The position numbers and the translations under genes were made by a program. Shown piece after piece: positions 16,340-25,024 of a DNA stretch of 27,053 nt. Origin of the DNA: Burkholderiales bacterium. GTDB taxonomy: Bacteria > Pseudomonadota > Gammaproteobacteria > Burkholderiales > CAIKXV01. The notes under the pieces are model-generated. The model had not been told where the DNA came from. It saw only the letters and a program-made list of their open reading frames with translations, and did no database searches. Position 1 is the first letter of the stretch. Every line of letters begins with the position of its first letter. Location: the NCBI GenBank assembly GCA_044351195.1, contig JBILGF010000001.1, forward strand, positions 1 to 27,053, read 5' to 3'.

Positions 16340-17740
16340 ATGACCCGAGAATCGGCCATCTCCCGCGCAACGAGCCACTTCGACGAAGGCCGTTTCATCG
16401 AGGACCTCGCGCGCCGTGTCGCCATCCGCACCGAGAGCCAGGTGCCGGAAAGCCACCCGCACCTCGAAGCCTACCTGCGCGAAGAGATGGCCCCCGCGTT
16501 CGAGGCGATGGGCTTTGCCGTCGAGATCCTGCCCAACCCGGTGCCGGGTACGGGTCCGATCCTGCTGGCCGAGCGGATCGAGGATCCCATGCTGCCGACG
16601 ATGCTCTGCTACGGGCATGGCGACGTGATTCGCGGCCTCGCGGGCCAGTGGCGGGACGGCCTGTCGCCCTGGGTGCTGACGCAGGAGGGCGATCGCTGGT
16701 ACGGGCGCGGTGCCGCCGACAACAAGGCCCAGCACTCGATCAACATGGCCGCGCTCGGCATGGTCATCGCCGAGCGCGGGCGGCTCGGCTTCAATGCCCG
16801 CTTCATGCTCGAGACGGGCGAAGAGACCGGCTCGCCCGGGCTGCGTCAGTTCTGCGCGCAGCATCGCGAGCGACTGAAGGCCGACGTGCTGATCGCATCG
16901 GATGGCCCGAGGCTGTCGGCACACCAGCCCACCCTCTACCTCGGCTCACGCGGGGTGATGAACCTCGACTTCTCGATCGACCTGCGCGAGGGTGCGCACC
17001 ACTCCGGCAACTGGGGCGGGCTGCTCGCCAACCCGGGCATCCTCCTCGCCCATGCGCTGGCCAGCATCGTCACCCGGGACGGCAAGGTACAGGTCCCCGG
17101 CCTGCTGCCGCAGGGCATTCCGGACACCATCCGCGAGGCGCTGGTCGACTGCGCGCCGCGCCCCGAGCCCGGCGAGCCGTCGATCGACGAGCATTGGGGC
17201 GAGCCCGGGCTGACGGCTGCCGAGAAGCTCTACGCGTGGAATACCTTCGAGGTGCTCGCGTTTCGCACCGGCAACCCGGACAACCCGGTGAACGCGATCC
17301 CCGGCCGCGCGACTGCCACCTGCCAGGTGCGCTTCGTCGCCGGTTGCAACCCCGAGACCTTCGTGCCGGTGCTGCGCAGCCACCTCGATACGCAGGGTTA
17401 TCCGATGGTGCGCGTCGCTCCGGCACGGGCGAGCTTCATGCAGGCCACGCGGATGGATCCGAAGCATCCCTGGGTTACCTGGGCTGCGGAATCGATGGCG
17501 CGCACGACGGGTGCGCGCCCTGCGATCCTGCCCAACATCGGCGGGTCGCTGCCCAACGACTGCTTTGCCGAGGTGCTGGGGCTGCCGACGCTGTGGGTGC
17601 CGCATTCGTATGCCGGCTGCTCGCAGCATGCGCCCGACGAGCATGTGCTGGCGCCGGTCCTGCGCGAGGGGCTTCAGCTGATGACGGGCCTGTTCTGGGA
17701 TCTCGGCGAGCGCGACGCAACCCCGGCTGCCGGACGTTGA
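16340..17740 (+). CDS. M20 family metallopeptidase/amidohydrolase (DapE/ArgE-like)
   Basis: YGHGDV, GRGAADNKAQH, GEETGS, ASDG, QHAPDEH metal/catalytic motifs intact; GGAG before ATG 16340. Confidence 0.93.
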   Translation: MTRESAISRATSHFDEGRFIEDLARRVAIRTESQVPESHPHLEAYLREEMAPAFEAMGFAVEILPNPVPGTGPILLAERIEDPMLPTMLCYGHGDVIRGLAGQWRDGLSPWVLTQEGDRWYGRGAADNKAQHSINMAALGMVIAERGRLGFNARFMLETGEETGSPGLRQFCAQHRERLKADVLIASDGPRLSAHQPTLYLGSRGVMNLDFSIDLREGAHHSGNWGGLLANPGILLAHALASIVTRDGKVQVPGLLPQGIPDTIREALVDCAPRPEPGEPSIDEHWGEPGLTAAEKLYAWNTFEVLAFRTGNPDNPVNAIPGRATATCQVRFVAGCNPETFVPVLRSHLDTQGYPMVRVAPARASFMQATRMDPKHPWVTWAAESMARTTGARPAILPNIGGSLPNDCFAEVLGLPTLWVPHSYAGCSQHAPDEHVLAPVLREGLQLMTGLFWDLGERDATPAAGR

Positions 17741-17822
17741 CAGCATGCGCCGGTGCGCCCCAATCTCCAGCGGTTTCCTCCATGCTGGCGCACCACCGGC
17801 ATCCCTTGCCCGAGGTCCCCTG

Positions 17823-18827
17823 ATGCCCTATTGCCATCCTGTGTCCCTGCTGTCCCGAGCCCTCGGCCTGATCGTGCCGGCAGTGCTGGTCACACCCCTG
17901 CTGGCGCCACCGGCCTGCGCCCAGGCCTGGCCTGTCCGGCCGATCCGGATGATCGTGCCGGTGGCACCGGGCGGCGGTGCCGACATCACCTCGCGGCTGG
18001 TCGCGCAGAAGCTCTCCGAGCGCCTCGGCCAGCAGGTCGTGGTGGACAACCGCTCGGGTGCCGGTGGCATCGTCGGCCTCGAGTTGCTGGCCCGCTCCAC
18101 TCCGGACGGCTACACGATCTCGCAGGGCGGCGTCGGGCCGCTCGCGGTGAACCCGAGCCTGCACGCGAAGCTGCCCTACGATCCGCTGAAAGACTTTGCG
18201 CCGATCCTGCGCGCGGTATCGGCGCTCAACGTGCTCGTGGTGCATCCGTCGCTACCGGTCCACTCGGTGAAAGACCTCGCCGCCTACGCGCGTGCCAACC
18301 CGAACAAGCTCAACTACGGGTCTTCCGGCGCCGGGCGTGCCGATCACCTGGCCGGCGAGCTGTTCTCGATGATGGCGGGCGTACGCATGCAGCATGTACC
18401 TTACAAGGGCGGTGGGCCGGCCATGACCGATCTGGTCGGCGGTAACCTGCAGTTGATCTTCGCGACCGTGTCCACTGCCGCCAGCCACATGAAGAGCGGC
18501 AAGATACGAACAATCGCCAATACCTCTGCGGCGCGCTCGGACCTGTTCCCCGACCTGCCGACCGTCGCCGAATCCGGGTTGCCGGGCTTCGCGATCGACA
18601 ACTGGTACTCGTTCATCGCGCCGGCCGGGACACCGGCACCGATCATCGACACGCTCAACGTCGAGATCGCCCGCGCACTGTCGCTGCCCGACGTGAAGGA
18701 CCGGTTGCACGTGCTCGGCATCGTTCCGTTCACTACCGCGCGTCCTGCCGAGTTCGCGCAGTACCTGCGCGACGAGATCGCCAAGTATGCGAAGCTGGTC
18801 AAGGCCGTGGGGATCAAGCCCGAGTAG
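17823..18827 (+). CDS. Bug/TctC family substrate-binding protein
   Basis: AQAWPVRPIRMIVPVAPGGGAD, VDNRSGAGG, VPYKGGGPA, NWYSF; C-terminus VGIKPE. Confidence 0.95.
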   Translation: MPYCHPVSLLSRALGLIVPAVLVTPLLAPPACAQAWPVRPIRMIVPVAPGGGADITSRLVAQKLSERLGQQVVVDNRSGAGGIVGLELLARSTPDGYTISQGGVGPLAVNPSLHAKLPYDPLKDFAPILRAVSALNVLVVHPSLPVHSVKDLAAYARANPNKLNYGSSGAGRADHLAGELFSMMAGVRMQHVPYKGGGPAMTDLVGGNLQLIFATVSTAASHMKSGKIRTIANTSAARSDLFPDLPTVAESGLPGFAIDNWYSFIAPAGTPAPIIDTLNVEIARALSLPDVKDRLHVLGIVPFTTARPAEFAQYLRDEIAKYAKLVKAVGIKPE

Positions 18828-18831
18828 CCCG

Positions 18832-19968
18832 ATGCCGCGCTTCCTGCACACCGCCGACTGGCAGATCGGCCGCCAGTACACCCAGATGCCGCATGAAAAT
18901 GGCGTGCTGCTGGCCGAGGCACGCCTGGACGCGGTGGCAACGCTCGCGCGCCTGGCGACCGAGCATGCCGTCGATGCGGTGCTGGTGGCCGGCGACGTGT
19001 TCGACGCGCAGGCGGTGTCCGAGCGCACCATCCGCCGGCTGTTCGCGCAACTTGCAGGCTACGCCGGGCCCTGGGTGATGATCCCGGGTAACCATGACGC
19101 CGCGCTGGCAGAAAGCGTCTGGACCTGCGCGCAACGCATCGGCGCAGTTCCGCCGAACGCCTGTCTCGCGCTGCAGGCCGGCGTGCTCGAATTCCCGCAG
19201 CAGGGCTTCGTCGCGCTCGCCGCGCCGCTGACCCAGCGCCATACCTACGACGACCTCACCGCATGGTTCGGCGACCGCAAGACGCCCGACGGTCTGCTGC
19301 GCATCGGCCTTGCGCATGGCTGCGTGCAGGGCCTGCTTGCCGAGGCGATCGATTCGCCCAACCCGATCGGCGCCGACCGGGCGCGGCTGGCGCGGCTCGA
19401 CTACCTCGCGCTCGGCGACTGGCATGGCTGCCGGCAGGTCGATGCGCGTACCTGGTACAGCGGCACGCCCGAGCAGGACCGCTTCAGGGACAACGAGCCC
19501 GGCCATGCGCTGCTGGTCGACATCGAAGCGCCCGGCGCACTGCCGCTGGTGACCCGGCTCGACACCGGACGTCATCGCTGGTGCATGCTGGAGGCGTCGC
19601 TGTCGGTTGCGAGCGACGTCGAACAGGTCGCCGACAGGCTCGCGGCCGCGCAGCCTTCGGACGTGGTCGCGCTGCCGCTGGCTGGGCTGGTCGACCGGCC
19701 CGGGCTGGTACGCCTGCGTGCGGCGATCGGCATGGCCGATGCCGGTGTGCGCCACCTGCAGGTGGACCTCTCTGCGTTGCGGCTGATGCCGACCGCGGAA
19801 GACATCGTGGCCCTCGATGCCGACGGCTACCTCGGCGACGTGATCGCCGAGCTGCGCGATGCGCAGTCCGACGGTGCGCAGCCCGAGTCGGCGGCGGTCG
19901 CCGCGCATGCGCTCGGGCTGCTCGCCACGCTGCTGCTCGAGGGGCGCGAGCGGACGCCCGCCGCATGA
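18832..19968 (+). CDS. SbcD/Mre11-like metallophosphoesterase nuclease (YhaO-type)
   Basis: FLHTADWQ, AGDVFD, PGNHD, LAHG, LGDWHG, YSGTPE motifs; ATG 4 nt after the Bug stop. Confidence 0.92.
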   Translation: MPRFLHTADWQIGRQYTQMPHENGVLLAEARLDAVATLARLATEHAVDAVLVAGDVFDAQAVSERTIRRLFAQLAGYAGPWVMIPGNHDAALAESVWTCAQRIGAVPPNACLALQAGVLEFPQQGFVALAAPLTQRHTYDDLTAWFGDRKTPDGLLRIGLAHGCVQGLLAEAIDSPNPIGADRARLARLDYLALGDWHGCRQVDARTWYSGTPEQDRFRDNEPGHALLVDIEAPGALPLVTRLDTGRHRWCMLEASLSVASDVEQVADRLAAAQPSDVVALPLAGLVDRPGLVRLRAAIGMADAGVRHLQVDLSALRLMPTAEDIVALDADGYLGDVIAELRDAQSDGAQPESAAVAAHALGLLATLLLEGRERTPAA

Positions 19969-22613
19969 GGCTGCAGCGGCTCAAGGTCGAGCAGCTGCGC
20001 CAGTTCCGCCAGCCGTTCGAGATCGACGACATCAAGCCCGGTCTCAACCTGTTCGTCGGTCCGAACGAGGCGGGCAAGAGCACGCTGGTGCGCGCCATCC
20101 GCGCCGCGTTCTTCGAGCGGCATCGTTCGTCCACGGTCGAGGATCTGCGGCCCTGGGGCGACTCGTCCGCGACACCGACCATCGAGCTCGATTTCACCGC
20201 CGGCGGCACCGGTTACCAGTTGCGCAAGTCGTTCCTGCAGCGCAGGCGCTGCGAACTGCAGCACGGCACGAAACGGCTCGACGGCGAGGATGCGGAACAG
20301 CATCTGGCCGCACTGCTCGGCTTCAGCTTCCCGGCCAAGGGCGCGAGCCGTCCCGAGCTCTGGGGCATCCCCGGCCTGCTGTGGATCGAGCAGGGTCAGG
20401 CACCGGAGATCCGGGACTCGGTGAAGCATGCGGCCGACCACCTGCGTACCGCGCTCGAGTCATCGGTCGGTGAAGTCGCCAGCACCCAGGGCGATGCGCT
20501 GATCGCGAAGGTGCGCAGCGAGCGTGAGCTGCTGCTCACCCCGGGAACCGGCCGGCCGACCGGCGAGCTGAAGAAGGCGATCGACGTGCGCGACGAGTCG
20601 CAGGCTCGCCTGCAGGAGATCGACGCGCGCATCGACACCTGGCGCCAGCAGGTCGACCGCTTCGCCGCGCTGCAGGCCGAGCACGCGGTCGAGGCCGCGG
20701 GCAAGCCCTGGGAGTCGTTGCGCAACCAGCAGCACGCGGCTGAACAGGCGCTCGCCGGATGCGAGGCGCTGGGGCGCCGGCTCGAGTCCGACACCGTGGC
20801 GCTGCGCGAGGCCGATGCGCGCGTGCGGCTGATCGAGCAGCAGCTGGCCGCCTTCGACGAAGAGCGCCGGACGCTGGCGCAGCGCGAGCACGGGCTGGCC
20901 GATGCCGCGCAGCGGCTCGAAAGCGCTGCCGAGATCGAGCAGCGGCGTGCAACCGCACAGGCCCGGGCTGATGCCCTCTGCCTCGCCGCCGCCACCGAGC
21001 TCGACCGCGCCCGGCAGCGCGACCTGCACGATGAGCTCTCGCTGCGCGTGGGCGAATCGGCCGCGCGCATCGACGAACTGGAAGCGCGGTTGCAGCGCTG
21101 CGACGCGGGGCAACTGCGCATCGGTGGGCTGCGCGAACAGGCGGCGGCGACGGCAATCGATGCGGCGGACGTGGACCGGCTGCGCGAGCAGTCGCGTACG
21201 CTCGATGCGCTGCGCATCCGGCAGCAGGCGGCCGCCACCCGTATCCGCTTCGACATCGTGGACGGCGCGTCCGCGACGTTCGACGGCGTACCCCTGGCCG
21301 GCAGCGGCGAGCGCCTGATCGGCGCGGCCACGATCATCGACGTGCCGGGCACCGGTCGATTCGAGATCCTGCCCGGCGGCGATTCGCTCCCCGCGCTCGT
21401 GCGCGACGAGGCCGACCGGCAGGCCGCCCACCACGACCTGCTTCGGCGCTGCGGCGTGGCGAGCCTGGCCGATGCCGAGGCCCGGCTGGCCGCCCATCGG
21501 CAGGCGACGCAGGATGCCGCGCTGGCGAAGGCGGCCGTGGACAGTCTCGCACCGCAGGGCATCGACGCGCTGCAGGCAGAGCTCGCCACGCAGCGCGCGC
21601 GCCGGCAGACAGCACTGGATCGGCTCGCCACGCTCGGCCGTGCTTCAGGCGAGCACGGCGACTTGGCCGCACCGACGCTCGCCGAAGCCGAGGCGCGCCA
21701 TGCGGCGGCGAAGCTGCATGCCGATACGCTCGCCGCGCAGCTTGCCGAGGCAAGGCAGGCACGGCTGGTCGCGCACGAGCAGCATGAAGCGGCCGTGCGC
21801 GAACATCGCGCGCTGACGGCGCGCCTCGATGCACCGGGCCGCCAGGCGCGGCAGACCGAGGCGGGCGGCCAGCTGCTGTCCACGCGTGCGGAGCAGGACG
21901 CGCTGCGCGCATCGATCGCGGCCACGACCGATGCGATCGAGGGTGCCCAGCCCGAGATGCTGAAGCAGTCGGTGGAGCGCTTCCGGCTCAGTGCCGAGCT
22001 CGCGCGGCGTGCGCACGACGACCGGCAGGCGCAGATCACCCTGCTGCGGGGCAAGCTCGAGGAGGCGGGCGCCCAGGGCTTCGAGGAAGCTCGCGCCGGC
22101 CTCGCGGTACGCGCGCAAGCGGCGCTGCGCCGCCATTGCGAACTCGACCTGCGCGCGCGTGCGCTCGACCTCCTGCTCGACCGGCTCGAGGCGAAGCGCA
22201 TGGACCTCACCCGCCGCATGCGCGCACCGCTGCAGGCACGCATCGACCACTACATCCGGCTGCTGTTCCCGAAGGCGGCGCTGGAGATCGGCGAAGACCT
22301 GCTGCCCGCGCTGCTCACCCGTCCCGACAACCCGGGCGAGCCGTCGGGCCCGGTCGCTGACCTGAGCCACGGCGCACGCGAGCAGATGGGCGTGCTGACC
22401 CGGCTCGCCTATGCCGACCTTCTGCAGGAGGCCGGGCGCCCGACGCTGGTGATCCTGGACGATGCGCTGGTGCACAGCGACCTGCAGCGCCTGGAACGGA
22501 TGAAGCGCGTGCTGTTCGATGCAGCCGGGCGCCACCAGGTACTGCTGTTCACCTGCCACCCGGACGCGTGGCGCGACCTGGGCGTGGCAGCGCGGGCGAT
22601 CGGTCGCGCCTGA
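19965..22613 (+). CDS. SbcC/Rad50-like coiled-coil ABC ATPase (YhaN-type)
   Basis: ATGA overlap with the nuclease; Walker A GPNEAGKST, Q-loop IEQG, long coiled coil, signature LSHGAREQ, Walker B/D-loop VILDDALVHSD, H-loop FTCHP. Confidence 0.92.
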   Translation: MRLQRLKVEQLRQFRQPFEIDDIKPGLNLFVGPNEAGKSTLVRAIRAAFFERHRSSTVEDLRPWGDSSATPTIELDFTAGGTGYQLRKSFLQRRRCELQHGTKRLDGEDAEQHLAALLGFSFPAKGASRPELWGIPGLLWIEQGQAPEIRDSVKHAADHLRTALESSVGEVASTQGDALIAKVRSERELLLTPGTGRPTGELKKAIDVRDESQARLQEIDARIDTWRQQVDRFAALQAEHAVEAAGKPWESLRNQQHAAEQALAGCEALGRRLESDTVALREADARVRLIEQQLAAFDEERRTLAQREHGLADAAQRLESAAEIEQRRATAQARADALCLAAATELDRARQRDLHDELSLRVGESAARIDELEARLQRCDAGQLRIGGLREQAAATAIDAADVDRLREQSRTLDALRIRQQAAATRIRFDIVDGASATFDGVPLAGSGERLIGAATIIDVPGTGRFEILPGGDSLPALVRDEADRQAAHHDLLRRCGVASLADAEARLAAHRQATQDAALAKAAVDSLAPQGIDALQAELATQRARRQTALDRLATLGRASGEHGDLAAPTLAEAEARHAAAKLHADTLAAQLAEARQARLVAHEQHEAAVREHRALTARLDAPGRQARQTEAGGQLLSTRAEQDALRASIAATTDAIEGAQPEMLKQSVERFRLSAELARRAHDDRQAQITLLRGKLEEAGAQGFEEARAGLAVRAQAALRRHCELDLRARALDLLLDRLEAKRMDLTRRMRAPLQARIDHYIRLLFPKAALEIGEDLLPALLTRPDNPGEPSGPVADLSHGAREQMGVLTRLAYADLLQEAGRPTLVILDDALVHSDLQRLERMKRVLFDAAGRHQVLLFTCHPDAWRDLGVAARAIGRA

Positions 22614-22664
22614 CGTTCGTGCCTGACGTTCGCGCCTGACGTTCGCGCCTGACGTTCGCGCCTG
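22604..22664. repeat. 13-bp tandem repeat, ~4.7 copies
   Basis: TCGCGCCTGACGT at 22604, 22617 (one C>T), 22630, 22643 and partial at 22656; the first copy contains the ATPase TGA stop. Confidence 0.95.
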
Positions 22665-22728
22665 CCGGTCGCCGACCAGGACGTAGCCCAGGACGTCGAT
22701 ACTCGCGACGCCCTGCAGCGATCCCCGG

Positions 22729-23076
22729 TCAGCGCGCGCCGGCGGCCCGCCCGCGCATCGCCGCTACCGGCCACACATACGCCGCCGCGATCGCCCCGAA
22801 CCCTGCGCCGATCGCGGCGAGGTTCGCCCAGTCGACCCAGTAGCCCATCTCTGCGAGCGAGGACTTCGTGAGGTAGGGCACGACGAGTACCGACACCACC
22901 ATGACCGCGATGCCGGCGAGCACGGCGGTACCCAGCCCTGCGCCCCAGCGCGCCCCGGGCCGGCGCAGCGCGACCACGACCAGCGCGATCCAGGCCAGCG
23001 CGGCGACCAGCAGCGCGGGCCAGATGCTCATGGCGATTTCCCAGACGATGTTCATTGCAAGCCAGATCTCGTACAT
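22729..23076 (-). CDS. Small integral membrane protein (~3 TM), SQR-associated; possibly DUF5368-related
   Basis: GAGGAG RBS before ATG 23076; three hydrophobic stretches and an SSLAEMGYWVDW loop; 14 nt downstream of the SQR-like stop. The DUF assignment is recollection only. Confidence 0.8.
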   Translation of the reverse strand: MYEIWLAMNIVWEIAMSIWPALLVAALAWIALVVVALRRPGARWGAGLGTAVLAGIAVMVVSVLVVPYLTKSSLAEMGYWVDWANLAAIGAGFGAIAAAYVWPVAAMRGRAAGAR

Positions 23077-23090
23077 GGTGTTCTCCTCTT

Positions 23091-24452
23091 TCAGACGCGG
23101 CCGCGTGCAACGGCGAGGTAGGCGGGCTTGAGCAGGCGATCCTTCATCAGCCATGCGAGGTAGCTGTCCTGCAGGGGAGAGATCATCGGCAGCGATGGCA
23201 CCAGCCGGCCTTCATAGTCGAACTCGATCAGCATCGCGGAACCTTCCCGGGTGATCAGCGGGCAGGACGTGTAGCCATCGAAGGTCATGTTGGGCGGGCG
23301 TCCCGCGATCACCTCGGACAGGTTGTGCGCGACTACCGGGGCGCTCTTCTTCACGGTGGCCGCGGTCTTGCCGCGCGGCGTGCCGTTGACGTCGCCGATG
23401 CCGAACACGTTCGGATAGCGGCGATGCTGCAGCGTCGACTTGTCGACCTCGAGCCAGCCGCCAGCGGCGAACGGGGCCTGCTTCGCGGCGAGGTCGCTGT
23501 TGCGCACTGCATCGGGGGCGCGCGTGGGCGGCACCACATGGATGAAGTCGTAGGGTTTCTCCTGCTTCGAGCCATCAGCGGCAACGAAGGTGGCGCGACG
23601 TGCGCCGATATCGATCGATTCCATACGCTGGTTGAACTCGACGCCGATGCCCAGCGCCTTCCAGCGCGAGAGCACGTTCTCGTTGACCGTGGGCACGCCG
23701 AACACGTTGCCCAGCGCCGACTCGAAGGTGATGCGTGATTTCTCGAGCATGCCGGCCTGGCGCAGCCGGTCGCGCAGCATGAAGGTCATCTTGAGCGGGG
23801 CACCCGCGCACTTGAGCGGTGTTGCCGGCAGCGTCATCAGTGCCTCGCCACCGGTGCGGGTGAATGCCTGCATTGCGCGCCACGTGGCCTCGGCCGCCTG
23901 TGGGCTGGGATAGACGCTGGCCAGGCCGTTGCTGCCGATGGCGGATACGTCCATGCCGGCGATCTGTGCGTAGTCGAGGTGAACGCCGGTGGCGACCACG
24001 AGGTAGTCGTAGGCGATGCGTTTGCCGCTGGCGGTAGTCAGGCTGTTCGATTCCGGTTCGAAGGTGGCGACCATCTCCTTCACCCATTCGACGCGGCCCG
24101 GCTGCAGGTCGGCATTGCGCTCGCGTACCTTGGCCATCGGCCACACGCCGGTGGCCACCAGCGTGTATCCCGGCTGGTAGTTGTGCTCTTCCTTGGCGTC
24201 GACGATGGTGATCTTCACCCCGTCGAGCAGCTTGCCCAGCCGTGCGGCGACCGCGATGCCGCCCAGGCCGCTGCCGGCAATCACGACATGCGCGCTGGTG
24301 CGGACCGAGGCGCGCACCTTCGCCGGCGTGCCGGTGGCGGCGGCGGCCGCCGGCGCGAGCAGCAGCGCCTGCATCCATCGTCGGCGCGACGTGTCCCCGC
24401 AGGTGTCGGGGGGCGCGGCGGTCTGGTCGGTTCGCGGCTTCAGGGGTTGCAT
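23091..24452 (-). CDS. sqr: Sulfide:quinone oxidoreductase-like flavoprotein (type II motifs) with twin-arginine leader
   Basis: Rossmann VVIAGSGLGG, HNYQPGYTLV, KCAGAPLK, NVFGIGD, FDGYTSCPLIT (both catalytic Cys motifs of type II SQR); leader SRRRWMQALLLAPAAAAA; GAGGAG RBS. Confidence 0.85.
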   Translation of the reverse strand: MQPLKPRTDQTAAPPDTCGDTSRRRWMQALLLAPAAAAATGTPAKVRASVRTSAHVVIAGSGLGGIAVAARLGKLLDGVKITIVDAKEEHNYQPGYTLVATGVWPMAKVRERNADLQPGRVEWVKEMVATFEPESNSLTTASGKRIAYDYLVVATGVHLDYAQIAGMDVSAIGSNGLASVYPSPQAAEATWRAMQAFTRTGGEALMTLPATPLKCAGAPLKMTFMLRDRLRQAGMLEKSRITFESALGNVFGVPTVNENVLSRWKALGIGVEFNQRMESIDIGARRATFVAADGSKQEKPYDFIHVVPPTRAPDAVRNSDLAAKQAPFAAGGWLEVDKSTLQHRRYPNVFGIGDVNGTPRGKTAATVKKSAPVVAHNLSEVIAGRPPNMTFDGYTSCPLITREGSAMLIEFDYEGRLVPSLPMISPLQDSYLAWLMKDRLLKPAYLAVARGRV

Positions 24453-24560
24453 GCAGTGACTCCTCACAATGGCGCTGGGGCGGTGCGCGGTTGGACGATG
24501 GGTCGTTCTATGCCCCTGCCTGCGGCTCAGCGTCCGGGCTGGATACGCGCATGGATACGT

Positions 24561-25004
24561 TCACGGCGCCACCGAGATCGGCGCGCCGTCCGGCTTGCGC
24601 TCGAGCAGCGCATGGATGCCCATGCCGGCCAGCATGGCCAGCACGAACACGGCTGCCTTCGTCTCGCCCATCCCGAGCGCGACCAGCGCGGGCCCGGGGC
24701 AGAACCCCGCGATGCCCCAGCCGATGCCGAACAGGAGGCTGCCGCCGACGAGTCGGCGGTCGAGTTGCGTTGCAGTCGGCATGCGCATCGGCTCGCCGAG
24801 CAGCGACCGCGTGCGGCCGCGGGCGAGCCCGAAGGCCACCAGCCCGACGGCGATCGCGCCGATCATCACGAAGGCGAGCGAAGGGTCCCAGCGGCCAGCG
24901 AGGTCGAGGAAGCCCAGCACCTTGGCCGGGTTGGCCATGCCGGACAGGATCAGGCCCAGCCCGAAGACCAGCCCGGCGACGAGTGCAGAAAAAGACGGCT
25001 TCAT
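24561..25004 (-). CDS. YeeE/YedE family sulfur-compound transporter subunit
   Basis: GLVFGLGLILSGMANPAKVLGFLD, WDPSLAFVM, LFGIGWGIAGFCPGPAL; start trimmed to ATG 25004. Confidence 0.92.
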   Translation of the reverse strand: MKPSFSALVAGLVFGLGLILSGMANPAKVLGFLDLAGRWDPSLAFVMIGAIAVGLVAFGLARGRTRSLLGEPMRMPTATQLDRRLVGGSLLFGIGWGIAGFCPGPALVALGMGETKAAVFVLAMLAGMGIHALLERKPDGAPISVAP

Positions 25005-25024
25005 GGTGCGGGCTCCGGGTGCGG

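Noticed and set aside
19263-19964. Track N-terminal extension making the ATPase 1116 aa (also extensions 9850-10788, 16085-16339, 5500-5724, 7931-8290)
   Set aside because: They overlap other real genes or intergenic DNA; RBS, ATGA coupling and family N-termini indicate the shorter starts.
18832-22613. Wadjet or Lamassu SMC defence system
   Set aside because: No kleisin/KITE/JetD or Lamassu-type effector genes; the partner is an Mre11-type phosphoesterase.
22604-22664. CRISPR array
   Set aside because: Units are 13 bp, directly abutting, with no spacers and no cas genes.
23091-24452. FccB flavocytochrome c sulfide dehydrogenase
   Set aside because: Has CAGAP/GYTSCP rather than the FccB CPPGPYER-type motif, and no CxxCH cytochrome gene in the cassette.
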